64,000 bases of DNA from Octopus vulgaris (GCA_951406725.2 OX597815.1:7936001-8000000); one strand, 5' to 3'. Shown: positions 27,254-38,688, counted from the stretch's first letter. Notes: generated by a model from the sequence alone, not told the origin. Made by a program: numbers and translations.

Positions 27254-27280
27254 TGCTGTTGTTGTTGTTGTTGTTGTTAT
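26638..27280. repeat. (ATT)n/(ATC)n trinucleotide array
   Basis: Direct reading. Confidence 0.97.
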
Positions 27281-27610
27281 AACTCCGGCAGTTTTTCCTT
27301 ATTACCCTAAATTGTGGCTCTAATAATCATTGAAGTTCGTCCTAAAAGACAAAAAAAAAAAAAACAACACAAAAGTTTCAAAATCTATTTCAAACTGGAT
27401 ATATTTAACATGAAAGAAACATTTGTAATGGCGGAATAGTTCGGTTATAAATTGAACAAAAGTTGTCACAGAAGTGTTAAGTGATGTTATTACATAATAA
27501 TTTAGTATAACTCAGTTTGATATCGTTGTATATACACACGGTTGTAGTAAGTAAAAGATCACTGAAAGTAGTAACAAGTAGTAACACGGAATGTGACATA
27601 CAATTTAATA

Positions 27611-27830
27611 TACTCTTTTACTCTATTTACTTGTTTCAGTCATTTGACTGCGGCCATGCTGGAGCACCGCCTTTAGTCGAGCAAATCGACCCCGGGACTT
27701 ATTCCTTTGTAAGCCCAGTACTTATTCTATCGGTCTCTTTTGCCGAACCGCTAAGTGACGGCGACGTAAATACACCAGCATCGGTTGTCAAGCAATGCTA
27801 GGGGGACAAACACAGACGACACAAACACAT

Positions 27831-27872
<42 letters not shown>

Positions 27873-28047
27873 ACATATATACGACAGGCTTCTTTCAGTT
27901 TCCGTCTACCAAATCCACTCACAAGGCATTGGTCGGCCCGGGGCTATAGCAGAAGACACTTGCCTATAAGATGCCACGCAGTGGGACTGAACCCGCAACC
28001 ATGTGGTTGGTTAGCAAGCTACTTACCACACAGCCACTCCTGCGCCT
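27611..28047 (-). mobile_element. SINE family B, full length
   Basis: Reverse complement of the family B consensus. Confidence 0.93.
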
Positions 28048-28213
28048 ATATGAACATTATTATTTATTATTTTATCCCTGAGTCATTGGTATACCACTGA
28101 AAATCAAATTCTCGACTAAGGGAGCCAAGTGACAGGTTTCCCATTTGAACACCGTCCTGAAACTGAACTGTCTTTAATTAGTTGCCAAATCTCCCTCAGA
28201 TCACGCATTATTG

Positions 28214-28605
28214 TCTCTATATATATAAAGCTGAAGTTGTCTATGTATTGCAGGGGTGGTAGTCTTCAACTAACACTATCTCCTCCGAGACCCTGCGGAG
28301 CAAGTTGACCAAAATTGAGAGTATGAAAGAAGAAGGCTTGCTCTTCTTTCTTTAGAAGAAAAATTCAAATCGGACCATGTTAACACCAAAAATTATTTAC
28401 ATCAAAAAGGTACTTTTTTTCTATGAAAATCCCTAATTTTTTACGATTTTTTGACTGCTGTGTTGCCATTTTTCGGTGTATTTCAACCAGAAAAATGTTC
28501 ACTTAAAGAGAATAACAAGCTACATAATGCAAAGTTTTTACTTTTCAAAAATTCCAATTCTAAAGGGTCGAAACAAACCCGAGCAACGCCGGGCGATACT
28601 GCTAG
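28214..28605 (+). mobile_element. Non-autonomous Helitron (body type Y)
   Basis: 5' TCTCTATATATATAAAG, 3' CCCGAGCAACGCCGGGCGATACTGCTAG|T; close match to 30053-30445. Confidence 0.88.
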
Positions 28606-29401
28606 TATTAAATAAGGAAAGAACATACTCGAAAATGCGCGATTGCTACGGCTCAAAACGTAGGTCTGTTTTATTAGTTACATTCTTGTTATGTCCAGTT
28701 TCTTCTTTTATCTTAAAGGGACCGATGTAAATTGATAAACTAGGAACACGTTGAATCAGCTATACTTCTGAACAAAATACTCGTGCCTCTCTCTCTCTCA
28801 GTGTATGCTTTGGTTTACTTCGCTATTTCCCACCTGTCTGTACTTCAGCACAAAGGTAACGGTGGGACAAGAGTCAACGTTGTTACCGATCTCCTTTTAC
28901 TATAAGGTTTCTGCTGTACCAGCGGTTTCAGCTTCTGGGTAGTTGTGTGATGCTCTAGCTAAGCCTGTCTTTTCACTTTGTCCTCCATTTTGAATTTTAC
29001 ATATATGGTTCTATAGCTTCTTTCGTGACCAACAGGGAATATATAATTTTGTAATTTTACGCCTACGCTGGAGCTGTTTTCATTTGCTCCTTTGATGTTG
29101 CGTTCCCTGTGTTGTTTTGAGATGCTAAGATAAATTATTTCCCCCTTTTTCTCGTTATTCAGTAAGTAACTGCGGTAGTAATGCCTCTTCCTTTATCACG
29201 GATCTTTATTAGATGCGTTTCTCTACCGGAGAACTTATATCAAGACTCAATCTGTCTGAGGTAACACCAACCAGCGAAAGAAGGAAATCCAGAGAACACT
29301 TTCCTTGCTTTTTTTTTCCTTTCGAATTCTCCGTTCGTTCTTTCTTTCAATGAAACGTGTGAGTATTGCCACCGAGCAAAGCTAGCGTTCGCACACGTAC
29401 A

Positions 29402-29422
29402 TTGCTGCTGCTGCTGCTGCTG

Positions 29423-29472
<50 letters not shown>
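29402..29472. repeat. (CTG)n microsatellite
   Basis: Direct reading. Confidence 0.92.
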
Positions 29473-29954
29473 ATATCTTTACTAATGTCAACTTCAATGT
29501 TTGTGTTTCCTGCCATTAATTCTACCAATTACGTTTGTCTTTTTTCCCCTCCTTGTAAAATGATCGCATTTTGCTGTTTGATTAAATTGACTTCTTATTT
29601 TTGTTTTGTTTGCTTTCTGTGTTGTTATATTCAATACAAATTTTCGGTGGGCGTTACCTTTCTGTCGAGTCGTAGCAATTTGTCCATTTATTTTCCTATT
29701 TATTTATTTATTTATTTATTTGTAAGTAAATACGAACAATTATTGTTTTAAAATAGTCTAAAAGCGACCGACCTTTCTTTTCACCGTTTTGGAAGGGTTT
29801 TCTGAAGAAAAAAAAAAAACATTTTAAAAGAAATTATTTTCCCTTCAGTTATGCTTATATGAAATTGTCAAAATATAAGAATTTCAAAGTTGAAATAAGC
29901 AAGATGTAGAGTATGAAAAAACAAAACAAAAAACAAAGCAAAAGAAACAAACAA

Positions 29955-30004
29955 ATGGCGGTGCCCCAGTATGGCCACAGCTCGTGAGCTGAAACTAGAT
30001 AAAA
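29955..30004 (+). mobile_element. Very short 3' tail of the CR1/L2-group LINE seen at 60300-60575
   Basis: GGCGGTGCCCCAGTATGGCCACAGCTCGTGAGCTGAAACTAGATAAAA resembles that tail. Confidence 0.65.
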
Positions 30005-30052
30005 TTTTTAAAAAATATATATTATCAGTAATGACTGGAACATTATGTGTCA

Positions 30053-30445
30053 TCTCTCGCTATATAAAGCTGAAGTTGTCTGTGTATGGCAGGTTTGGTA
30101 GCCTTCAACTAACACTATCTCCTCCGAGACCCTGCGGCGCAAGTTGACCAAAATTGAGAGTATGATAGAAAAAGGCTTGCTCTTCCTTCCGTAGAAGAAA
30201 AATTTGAATCGGACCATGTTAACACCAAAAATTATTTACATCAAAAAGGTGCTTTTTTTCTATGAAAATCCCTATTTTTTTACAATTTTTTGACTGCTGT
30301 GTCGCCATTTTTCGGTGTATTTCAACCAGAAAAAATGTACACTTAAAGAGAATAACAAGCTACATAATGCAAAATTTTTACTTTTCAAAAATTCCAATTC
30401 TAAAGGGTCGAAGCAAACCCGAACAACGCCGGGCGATACTGCTAG
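30053..30445 (+). mobile_element. Non-autonomous Helitron (body type Y)
   Basis: 5' A|TCTCTCGCTATATAAAG, 3' hairpin plus CTAG. Confidence 0.88.
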
Positions 30446-31121
30446 CAAAATATAAGCATGAGATAAGATATACAAACCTTATTTGCTCACACTGTTACAC
30501 GCATTTCAATAAATACTCCTGCTACGCACGTCTCACATCCAATATAATTGAATTTAATAGCACATCCAAAACAATAAAACTCTCTCTATTCAGCACTTCT
30601 CCATACATTTTTCATCTTATAAAACAATACACACAACATATATTCTAATTAACCATTTCCAAAGATGTGGCACCACACAAAGTCTACACAATCAGAATCC
30701 AATCAAGAACATAAACAGGCACTTATGCAATCGATATCCGATGCTATAGCATCAAGAAATCCTTCAATTCGCAATCTACCAATTTACCAATATAATACGA
30801 AGCACTTAATACTTATTCAATATTGTTAGCGATCGATACAAAACACATATCACCATTCACGTATTACAACCAGCGATTAACAAAATTATACAACTCACAG
30901 AGGGTGTAATCTGCGCAGAAGAAGAAACATAAAAAAAAAACACACCACACCAGAAACAATGGAATAAAGCTCACAAGAGAAGGAATACTGACGCAGATTA
31001 TGAACATAATCTATAGTCCTAAAGACGATGTTGTCCAATCCTTAGGAAGACCGGAAATGCACCTGTCGATGCAGCAGGAAGTCGCATTACTTTTGTTGAA
31101 ACATTGGTGACGATCATGACG

Positions 31122-31396
31122 TGGTGGTGGTGGTGAGGAGGAGTAGGAGGAGGAGGAGGAAAGGGAGGAAGAAGAAGTAGAGGAAAAGGAGGAGGAAGAA
31201 GAAGAAGAAGAAGAAGGAGGAGGAGGAGGAGGAGGAGGAGGAGGAAGAAGACGAGGAGGAGGAGGAGGAGGAGGAAGAAGAAGAAGAAGAAGAAGAAGAA
31301 GAAGAAGAAGAAGAAGAAGAAGAAGAAGAAGAGGAGGAGGAGGAGGAGGAGGACGAAGAAGAAGAAGAAGAGGAGGAGGAGGAGGAAGAAGAAGAA

Positions 31397-31428
<32 letters not shown>

Positions 31429-31691
31429 AGAAGAAGAGGAAGAAGAAAGAAGAAGAGGAGAAGGAGGAGGAGGACGAAGAAGAAGAAGAAGAGGAGGAGG
31501 AGGAGGAAGAAGAAGAAGAAGAAGAAGAGGAGGAGGAAGAAGAAGAAGAAGAGGAAGAAGAAAGAAGAAGAGGAGAAGGAGGAGGAGGACGAAGAAGAAG
31601 AAGAAGAGGAGGAGGAGGAGGAGAAGGAAGAAAAAGAGGAAGAAGAAGAAGAGGAGGACGAAGAAGAAGAAGAAGAAGAAGAGGAGGAAGA
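31122..31691. repeat. (GAA)n/(GAG)n polypurine array with internal higher-order repeats
   Basis: Direct reading; GGACGAAGAAG recurs. Confidence 0.95.
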
Positions 31692-31742
31692 CTGTGAGGA
31701 CAATCAACCATCTCAGTTTGTATGTTGCAGAAGATAAACAAT

Positions 31743-32156
31743 AGGCGCAGGAGTGGCTGTGTGGTAAGTAGCTTGCTAACCAACCACATGGTTCCGGGTT
31801 CAGTCCCACTGCGTGGCATCTTGGGTAAGTGTCTTCTACTATAGCCTCGGGCCGACCAAAGCCTTGTGAGTGGATTTGGTAGACGGAAACTGAAAGAAGC
31901 CCGTCGTATATATGTATATATATGTATGTGTGTGTATGTTTGTGTGTCTGTGTTTGTCCCCCTAGCATTGCTAGACAACCGATGGTGGTGTGTTTATGTC
32001 GCCGTCACTTAGCGGTTCGGCAAAAGAGACCGATAGAATAAGTACTGGGCTTACAAAAAAAGAATAAGTCCCGGGGTCGAGTTGGCTCGATTAAAGGCGG
32101 TGCTCCAGCATGGCCGCAGTCAAATGACTGAAACAAGTAAAAGAGATAAAAGAGAT
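31743..32156 (+). mobile_element. SINE family B, full length
   Basis: Matches the family B consensus. Confidence 0.93.
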
Positions 32157-32751
32157 TTAAAAAAAAACAAAAAAAACTAGAAACACTGTTGCAGACAGAT
32201 TTACTAGAGAGAAATTGATACGAGATTCGGATTGGAATGTGTGTCAAGGCAATTTTGAAGAGAGAAAAATTAATTAAGAACACAAATATCGTCTTACGTA
32301 AAGAAATAGAGATAAGAAAATTACACAAAACGCAGACTTGCAAAAAATACTTAATCAATGTTCTAGACAGTGTGCAGCAGACATAAGTGAAAGAAACGCT
32401 TTGGAAAGAAAATTACTTAATACTTAGATACAGATAAATGCAAAAATAAGGCAATAAGAATCAATACTGTAGCCATCCCGGTAATAATTTACAGATATCA
32501 ATACTCACAAACGGGTGCTAAACAAACTAGGAAGGGAAAACAAACGAAAAAGAACGAGGAATGGTAACTGCGTTTAGGATACGTTACTCGAGTCTGATAT
32601 ATAAAGATATTTGCAGCATAATACAGCATAATATAGGGAGATAGAGGTTTCTAAAACTAGAAAAATATTATAAAATATCCCCTGTGGGGCAAAAATATGT
32701 GCTAACGAATAAAGAGTAACTAATAGAAATAAATAGACAAATATCTGTAAA

Positions 32752-33151
32752 CTAGCAGTATCGCCCGGCGTTGCTCGGGTTTGTAAGGGAAATAACTATA
32801 TAAGCATTTTTAGAGAGTTATAGCCAAAAAAGTAGCAAAAAAATGCATTAAAATGGAAAACAAATTATGGTAATTTTTTTTTTAAATCGTTGACTCATCG
32901 TAGACATTTTTAGAGAGTTACTTCCCTTATATAATAGCGAAAAAATGCATTAAAATGGAAAAAAAATGATGGTAAATTTTTTTTAAAAATCGTAGACTCA
33001 TTGTAGACGCGCGCTAATACCCAGAAGGGCTCGATATGAATCACGACTATAAGATACCCGCTTTTGGTTACACTGCACTGCAAAATGTGGGAGTAGTTAG
33101 GAATCTAAATCGTAGGAGACAGACACACAACCTTACTTTTATATATAAAGA
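32752..33151 (-). mobile_element. Non-autonomous Helitron (body type Z) flanked by a 76-bp direct duplication
   Basis: Termini TCTTTATATATAAAAG and CCCGAGCAACGCCGGGCGATACTGCTAG; near-identical to 44027-44424. Confidence 0.9.
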
Positions 33152-33487
33152 TATCCACTGTGGGACAAAAATATGTGCTAACGAATAAAGAGTAACTAAT
33201 AGAAATAAATAGACAAATATCTGTAAATTAGACAATATGAACATACAAGAATTATTTTTCTGTCTTGAAGGAAACCAAGAGATACTAAACAGAGGCTAGA
33301 ATAACAAAAGAGCGGAAATTAGGAAAAAGAAAACTGCAAGCTAAGCTTAAACGTGATTAAGAATGCCAAGCTGAATAACAAATTAAGATGACAAATAAAG
33401 ACCCTAAATTGTCAATACCTAGAAATAAAAACAAAAGGAAAAGAAAAGAAAAGAAAAACGTACTATTCATCTGATTTTTCTTTTTAG

Positions 33488-33826
33488 GAAGCACTCCGTC
33501 GGTTACGACGATGAGGATTCCAGTTGATCCGAATCAACGGAACAGCCTGCTCGTGAAATTAACGTGTAAGTGGCTGAACACTCCACAGACACGTGTACCC
33601 TTAACGTAGTTCTCCGGGATAATACAGGTACAACAGAAACAGGAAGTAAGAGTGAGAGAAAGTTGTGGTGAAAGAGTACAGCAGGGATCACCACCATCCC
33701 CTGCCGGAGCCTCGTGGAACTTTAGGTGTTTTCGCTCAATAAACACTCACAACGCCCGGTCTGGGAATCGAAACCGTGATCCTATGACCGCGAGTCCGCT
33801 GCCCTAACCACTGGGCCATTGCTCCA
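33488..33826 (-). mobile_element. SINE family C with an internal deletion
   Basis: Matches 11358-11745 minus about 40 bp; TSD CTATTCATCTGAT. Confidence 0.92.
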
Positions 33827-34452
33827 CCTATTCATCTGATGAGCAGTGAGTCACTCAGCAAAGAATGACAACCTCTGTTTCACAGAGACACCGTTCTTCA
33901 ACCCGTGCTCTCCTGAAACAAGAGCAATCTGTGAATCTCTATATTAGAAATCTGTGTATCTCGATCGCTTTAGCCGCCCGACGCATGCGTGGATGGATAT
34001 AAAGAAGAGTTATTGCTGAACACAGCGGATGGCAGATAAGGAAACACAAATCTAGTCTGTTTATACATTGATTACCGAAATGTCATTGACATTATTGTTT
34101 CACGTTACATATCTGCATTCTTTGAAACACTTGAGGTTGTACAAAAACAAAAAAACTATAATAAAGAAATATACAAAGCACACAATAAATATATACGCAG
34201 AAAATATCAAAAATCCAATGTAGAAAAAATATAATAAATAAACAAGTTTAAAATGCCCCAGTCATGTGCAAATCCATTGGTATAAAAGAATAGAGGGTTG
34301 GATGAGATGGTTGGATGGTGTTAAGAAACGTGTGATAGAGCGGAGATCAGTGGAAGGTGTTAATGGCTAGTCTGCCTTCGGACACATTGAAGTAGATCCA
34401 CATGCACTCACACACGATCACATCCGCATATATATATATATATATATATATA

Positions 34453-34603
34453 CGAGAAAAGAAGCAACAAGAATGGATTAGTTTTTAGTACAATTGTTTC
34501 ATACAAAGACAGGCTTTATTAAAAGTTGCAACTTTTAATAAAGCCTGTCTTTGTATGAAACAATTGTACTAAAAACTAATCCATTCTTGTTGCTTCTTTT
34601 CTC

Positions 34604-34604
<1 letters not shown>
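34453..34604. repeat. Perfect 152-bp palindrome flanked by (TA)n
   Basis: Centre AAAAGTTG|CAACTTTT at 34528/34529, arms reverse-complementary with no spacer. Confidence 0.95.
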
Positions 34605-34644
<40 letters not shown>

Positions 34645-34647
<3 letters not shown>

Positions 34648-35136
34648 GATATAGGATAAAAAATTTTTCGGGAAAAAAATTTTATCAATGGCCAGCATAT
34701 CAAAAAATGCCTTTAAAGGTAAAATTTATACATAATTTACAAGATAAGGGCAGAAGAAAAATTCTAATGCCAGATACGCCGAAACAAAAAAATTGTCGAT
34801 AACCATTAAATTTATGCGTCTCGAAATAAACCGATAGAAATCTCTAAAAAATTCGTTATTCCGTGTCTCGAGGTGCGCCGAAGATTTTTCTATTTGGATA
34901 TATTTGGGGTACTTAAGTCTGCTCGGGACTTGGTGCTTTCTTCTTCCGTGGGTACGAATAAGTATTTCATTTATATCTCGCGTATGTGCCGCTGAAGAGG
35001 GGAAAATTTCTTGTGAATTAACCCCGAAATTGGACCAATACGGTAATAACGAATATTTTAGAGATTTCTATCGGTTTGTTTCGAGACGCATAAATTTAAT
35101 GGTTATCGACAATTTTTTCCTCTGCCCTTATCTTGT

Positions 35137-35142
<6 letters not shown>
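34645..35142. mobile_element. Penelope-like terminal-repeat fragment in inverted arrangement within (TA)n
   Basis: 34735-34864 is the reverse complement of 35040-35142 apart from an indel of ~25 bp; contains a hammerhead. Confidence 0.65.
34981..35051 (+). ncRNA. Type I hammerhead ribozyme with intact core
   Basis: Stem I TGCCG/CGGTA, core CTGAAGA (34992-34998), stem II GGGG/CCCC, GAAA (35026-35029), stem III ATTGG/CCAAT, cleavage triplet ATA ending at 35040. Confidence 0.78.
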
Positions 35143-35202
<60 letters not shown>

Positions 35203-35299
35203 AAGTTAAGCCAAACATGAAAACACAAAGAGAAAACACAACAACGCGAGGACGTGAAACAAGTATAGTGTTATTGGACGCTCAGGAAAGGAAAGAAAG

Positions 35300-35348
35300 G
35301 AGGATTTAACGTTTCGAGTGGAGCTCTTCGTCAGAAAAGGAAAGATCC
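35300..35348 (-). ncRNA. Minimal hammerhead-like motif within a ~200-bp mini-element (35205-35410)
   Basis: Minus strand GGATCTTTCCTTTT-CTGACGA-AGAGCTCCACTC-GAAACGTTA-AATCC; palindromic AACGTT in place of stem III. Confidence 0.6.
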
Positions 35349-35418
35349 AACGAAGGGAAGACGGAGGAAATAAAAATCGCCAACGATACACACGCGGTCA
35401 CATATTGAATGTATATAC

Positions 35419-35499
<81 letters not shown>

Positions 35500-35599
35500 T
35501 GTACACTGTAGAAAAGGAAGAGGAGAATGAGATGGCTCCGAGAAGCTGTAGCATCAATGATAACAGCAATAACGACAATAATAAAGAAAATCCCTTTAG

Positions 35600-36570
35600 G
35601 AGAAGAATTTTCGATGCCACAGACACATATTACAACGAAGCCTTGACCACCGGTGACTTTAAGGATAAGATTAGCTATTGTCCGACCCCGACCCCCAACA
35701 AGAGAAAACCACGCCCCTATTTTCTCTGAATGAAAAAACTTTTTTTCGGTAGGATCGTCCTTGGTTTAGTCGATAAACAATTTCCCTTAACGCGTAGATG
35801 CAGAAAAATATTTAACAGATACACTTTGAGGGGCTCTTTTAGCTGTTGATGAGCATAGACAAAATTTTAGCAAGAAGGAACAATTCTGAAAGGGGCTGGC
35901 TGCTCATGCAGAGGTAACACTACATGGCAACTTAATGCCCGTTGCAATGCAGAAGCCGTTCTGTATGAGGCAGACATGGTGTCAAAGAATCGTAGTGGAG
36001 ACAGAGACGTGCGGTAATATGTAGAGCGATAGAAGGTGCTTTCAGAACCAGATTCAACGATCGCAGGTCTTCGTTTGATATCTGAAAGAGGCGAAACATC
36101 ACAATTTAGCGAGGCATATATTGGAAGAAGATGCTGTACATTACGACAACGGGTGGAAGACAAGAGAAAGAGTGCAAGATTTACTTTAACCACAATATAA
36201 AGAGCAGGCTCCCCTTGGCGGTGAAAAAGCCAAGCATCATCATCATTGTTCGACCGTGGTCGAGACAATGGAATTTACCATGCTACGCCAGACTTCACGC
36301 TCCATCATGGCATTACGGAGGTCCTGTTGCTGGATGCCTGTATCCCTGGAGATTACATCAGGGTAGGAGAGTGTGCACCCTCTGGTATTGCGAGTAGATG
36401 GCTTCCAGAGGAGAAGAGTAGAAATTACCTCTTTTTCAGCTCTACAACAATGTCCAGCAAACTGGACTCTTCTACCTTTCACAAGAGATGACATAGAACT
36501 CTCTTGACCTGAGAACTTACTTAGTCAAGTTTTTGTTCCTGCCCTCCTGAGCTTAAATTTTCAAGAGTAT
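35600..36570 (+). mobile_element. Decayed Penelope-like element ORF (RT C-terminus plus GIY-YIG endonuclease), interrupted by an RTE fragment
   Basis: IFDATDTYYNEAL..FKDKISY..NKRKPR, GRIVLGLVDKQFP..RKIFNRYTLRGSFSC, CSCR..LNARC..VLYEA..EGAFRTRFNDRRSSF, PENLL. Confidence 0.78.
36235..36493 (-). mobile_element. 5'-truncated RTE-type LINE 3' end with (TGA)n tail
   Basis: RRVQFAGHCCRAEKEVISTLLLWKP..LSYPDVISRDTG..AMMEREVWRSMV; near-identical to the 3' part of 46279-46757. Confidence 0.88.
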
Positions 36571-36787
36571 ACTGGTCGAGTGCACCATCAGTAAAAGCAT
36601 TGGAGCTCTTCTCATCGAGGTTTCTCTTCACCACAATCTGAGAAATTAGCATAAGGTTTGCTGCGCCCAACTTCTATATATGCACAAACCTAAACACATA
36701 TGCATCATCACACATACAATTAACCCTACCTTTCCACCCTCTTTCCCCATTCCTTGGTCCACATTCCTCTACTATATTGTTTTATTA

Positions 36788-36950
36788 GCGTGCAGGAGTG
36801 GCTGTGTGGTAAGTAGCTTGCTTACCAACTACATGGTTCCAGGTTCAATCCCACTACGTGACACCTTGGGTATTTATCTTCTACTACAGACTCGGGTCGA
36901 CAAAAGCCTTGTGAGTGGATTTGGTAGACTGAAACTGAAAGAAGCCCATC

Positions 36951-37001
<51 letters not shown>

Positions 37002-37068
37002 TACATTTTTGGGTAGCAAAAAATTCTAGAAAATTTTGGTAGACGGAAACTGAAAGAAGCCCGTCGTG
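36788..37068 (+). mobile_element. SINE family B 5' half plus a duplicated fragment
   Basis: Head and core to 36955, (TA)n, foreign ~45-bp piece, then repeated TTTGGTAGACGGAAACTGAAAGAAGCCCG. Confidence 0.85.
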
Positions 37069-37086
37069 TATATATATATATATCGC

Positions 37087-37492
37087 TTTTACTCTTTTAC
37101 TTGTTTCAGTCATTTGACTGCGGCCATGCTGGAGCACCACCTTTAGTCGAGCAAATCGGCCCCGGGACTTATTCTTTTGTAAGCCCAGTACTTATTCTAT
37201 CGGTCTCTTTTGCCGAACCGCTAAGTAACGGGGACGTAAACACACCAGCATCGGTAGTCAAGCAATGCTATGGGGACAAACACAGACACGCAAACACACA
37301 CATACATATATATATATGCATATATACGACAGGCTTCTTTCAGTTTCCGTCTACCAAATCCACTCACAAGGCTTTGGTCGGCCCGGGGCTATAGCAGAAG
37401 ACACTTGCCCAAGATGCCACGCAGTGGACTGAACCCGGAACCATGTGGTTGGTTAGCAAGCTACTTACCACCACACAGCCACTCCTGCGCCT
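37087..37492 (-). mobile_element. SINE family B, full length
   Basis: Reverse complement of the consensus. Confidence 0.93.
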
Positions 37493-37493
37493 A

Positions 37494-37524
<31 letters not shown>

Positions 37525-37526
<2 letters not shown>

Positions 37527-37580
37527 GGTCCTGATGATTTCTTTTGAATGAAACAGTTCTAGTCCTGTAGAAGCTCCTTC
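37525..37580 (+). ncRNA. Hammerhead-like motif, 5'-truncated stem I
   Basis: CTGATGA-TTTCTTTTGAAT-GAAACAG-TTCTAGTC-CTGTA between (TA)n tracts. Confidence 0.5.
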
Positions 37581-37586
37581 TATAAA

Positions 37587-37621
<35 letters not shown>

Positions 37622-37744
37622 TAAATTTTAGGGTAGCAAAAAATTCTAGAAAAATTTCTCCGCTACCAACGGTCAAGTGAGAAAGAAAAAATAGTCAATA
37701 GACTATATATATATACATATATATATGGGGGGAGTATATGTATA

Positions 37745-37903
37745 TGTTTATGTGTCTGTGTTTGTCCGCCCATCATCGCTTGCAAGAGAGACCGAAAGAA
37801 TAAGTACTAGGCTTACAAAGAATAAGTTCTGTGGTCGATCTGTTCGACTAAAAAGGCGGTGCTCCAGCATGGCCGCAGTCAAATGACTGAAACAAATGAA
37901 AGA
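37745..37903 (+). mobile_element. SINE family B 3' half
   Basis: Tail motifs present. Confidence 0.85.
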
Positions 37904-38031
37904 ATATATATATATGCACATACGTGTAAATAAAAAAATAAATAAATAAATATATATATATATATATATCGTTAGCCCCTACACGCAATTTTTTTCTCTC
38001 CTTGTTTCTCTCCTTGTTTCTTTTCTGTGTA

Positions 38032-38070
38032 TCTTTCTGTCGAAGAGCGTAGGCTCGAAACGTAAAAGAC
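38032..38070 (+). ncRNA. Minimal hammerhead-like motif with an A6>U core change, in a mini-element (37970-38165)
   Basis: TCTTT-CTGTCGA-AGAGC-GTAG-GCTC-GAAACGTA-AAAGA; perfect stems I and II. Confidence 0.6.
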
Positions 38071-38161
38071 TTTTTCTATTTCTATTCCTGAGCGTTACTA
38101 ATACAATTGTTTGTTTGTACTCCACCTCCCTTCGTCTTTTGTTTATTTTCGTACACCTTCC

Positions 38162-38214
<53 letters not shown>

Positions 38215-38226
<12 letters not shown>

Positions 38227-38688
38227 TGTAGTTGTGTGAGTGTCCGTCCCCTTCGATTTAGATTCCTAACTACTCCCACATTTTGCGGTGCAGTTTAACC
38301 AAATTCGGGTATCTTATAGTCGTGATTCATATCGAGCCCGTCTGAGTATTAGCGCGCGTCTACGATGAGTCTACGATTTAAAAAATAATTTAATATCATT
38401 TTTTATTCCATTTTAATGCATAATTTTTCGTGTGTCGATTGCGGCGGAGTTGGCGTCCATGGTCACACCTGCACCTGTTTGCTTCTCCCCCTTCTTCCCT
38501 CCCTCGTGAAGCTGTGGGGAAGGGAGTGTAAGGAAATCAACGTCGTAAAGCGACTTCATGGCTTGAAGACACCAAAACAGAAATGGCTAAGAAAGCCCGA
38601 ATTGGCATCTATAAGGGAAGTAACTCTCTAAAAATGCTTATATAGTTATTTCCCTTACAAACCCGAGCAACGCCGGGCGATACTGCTA

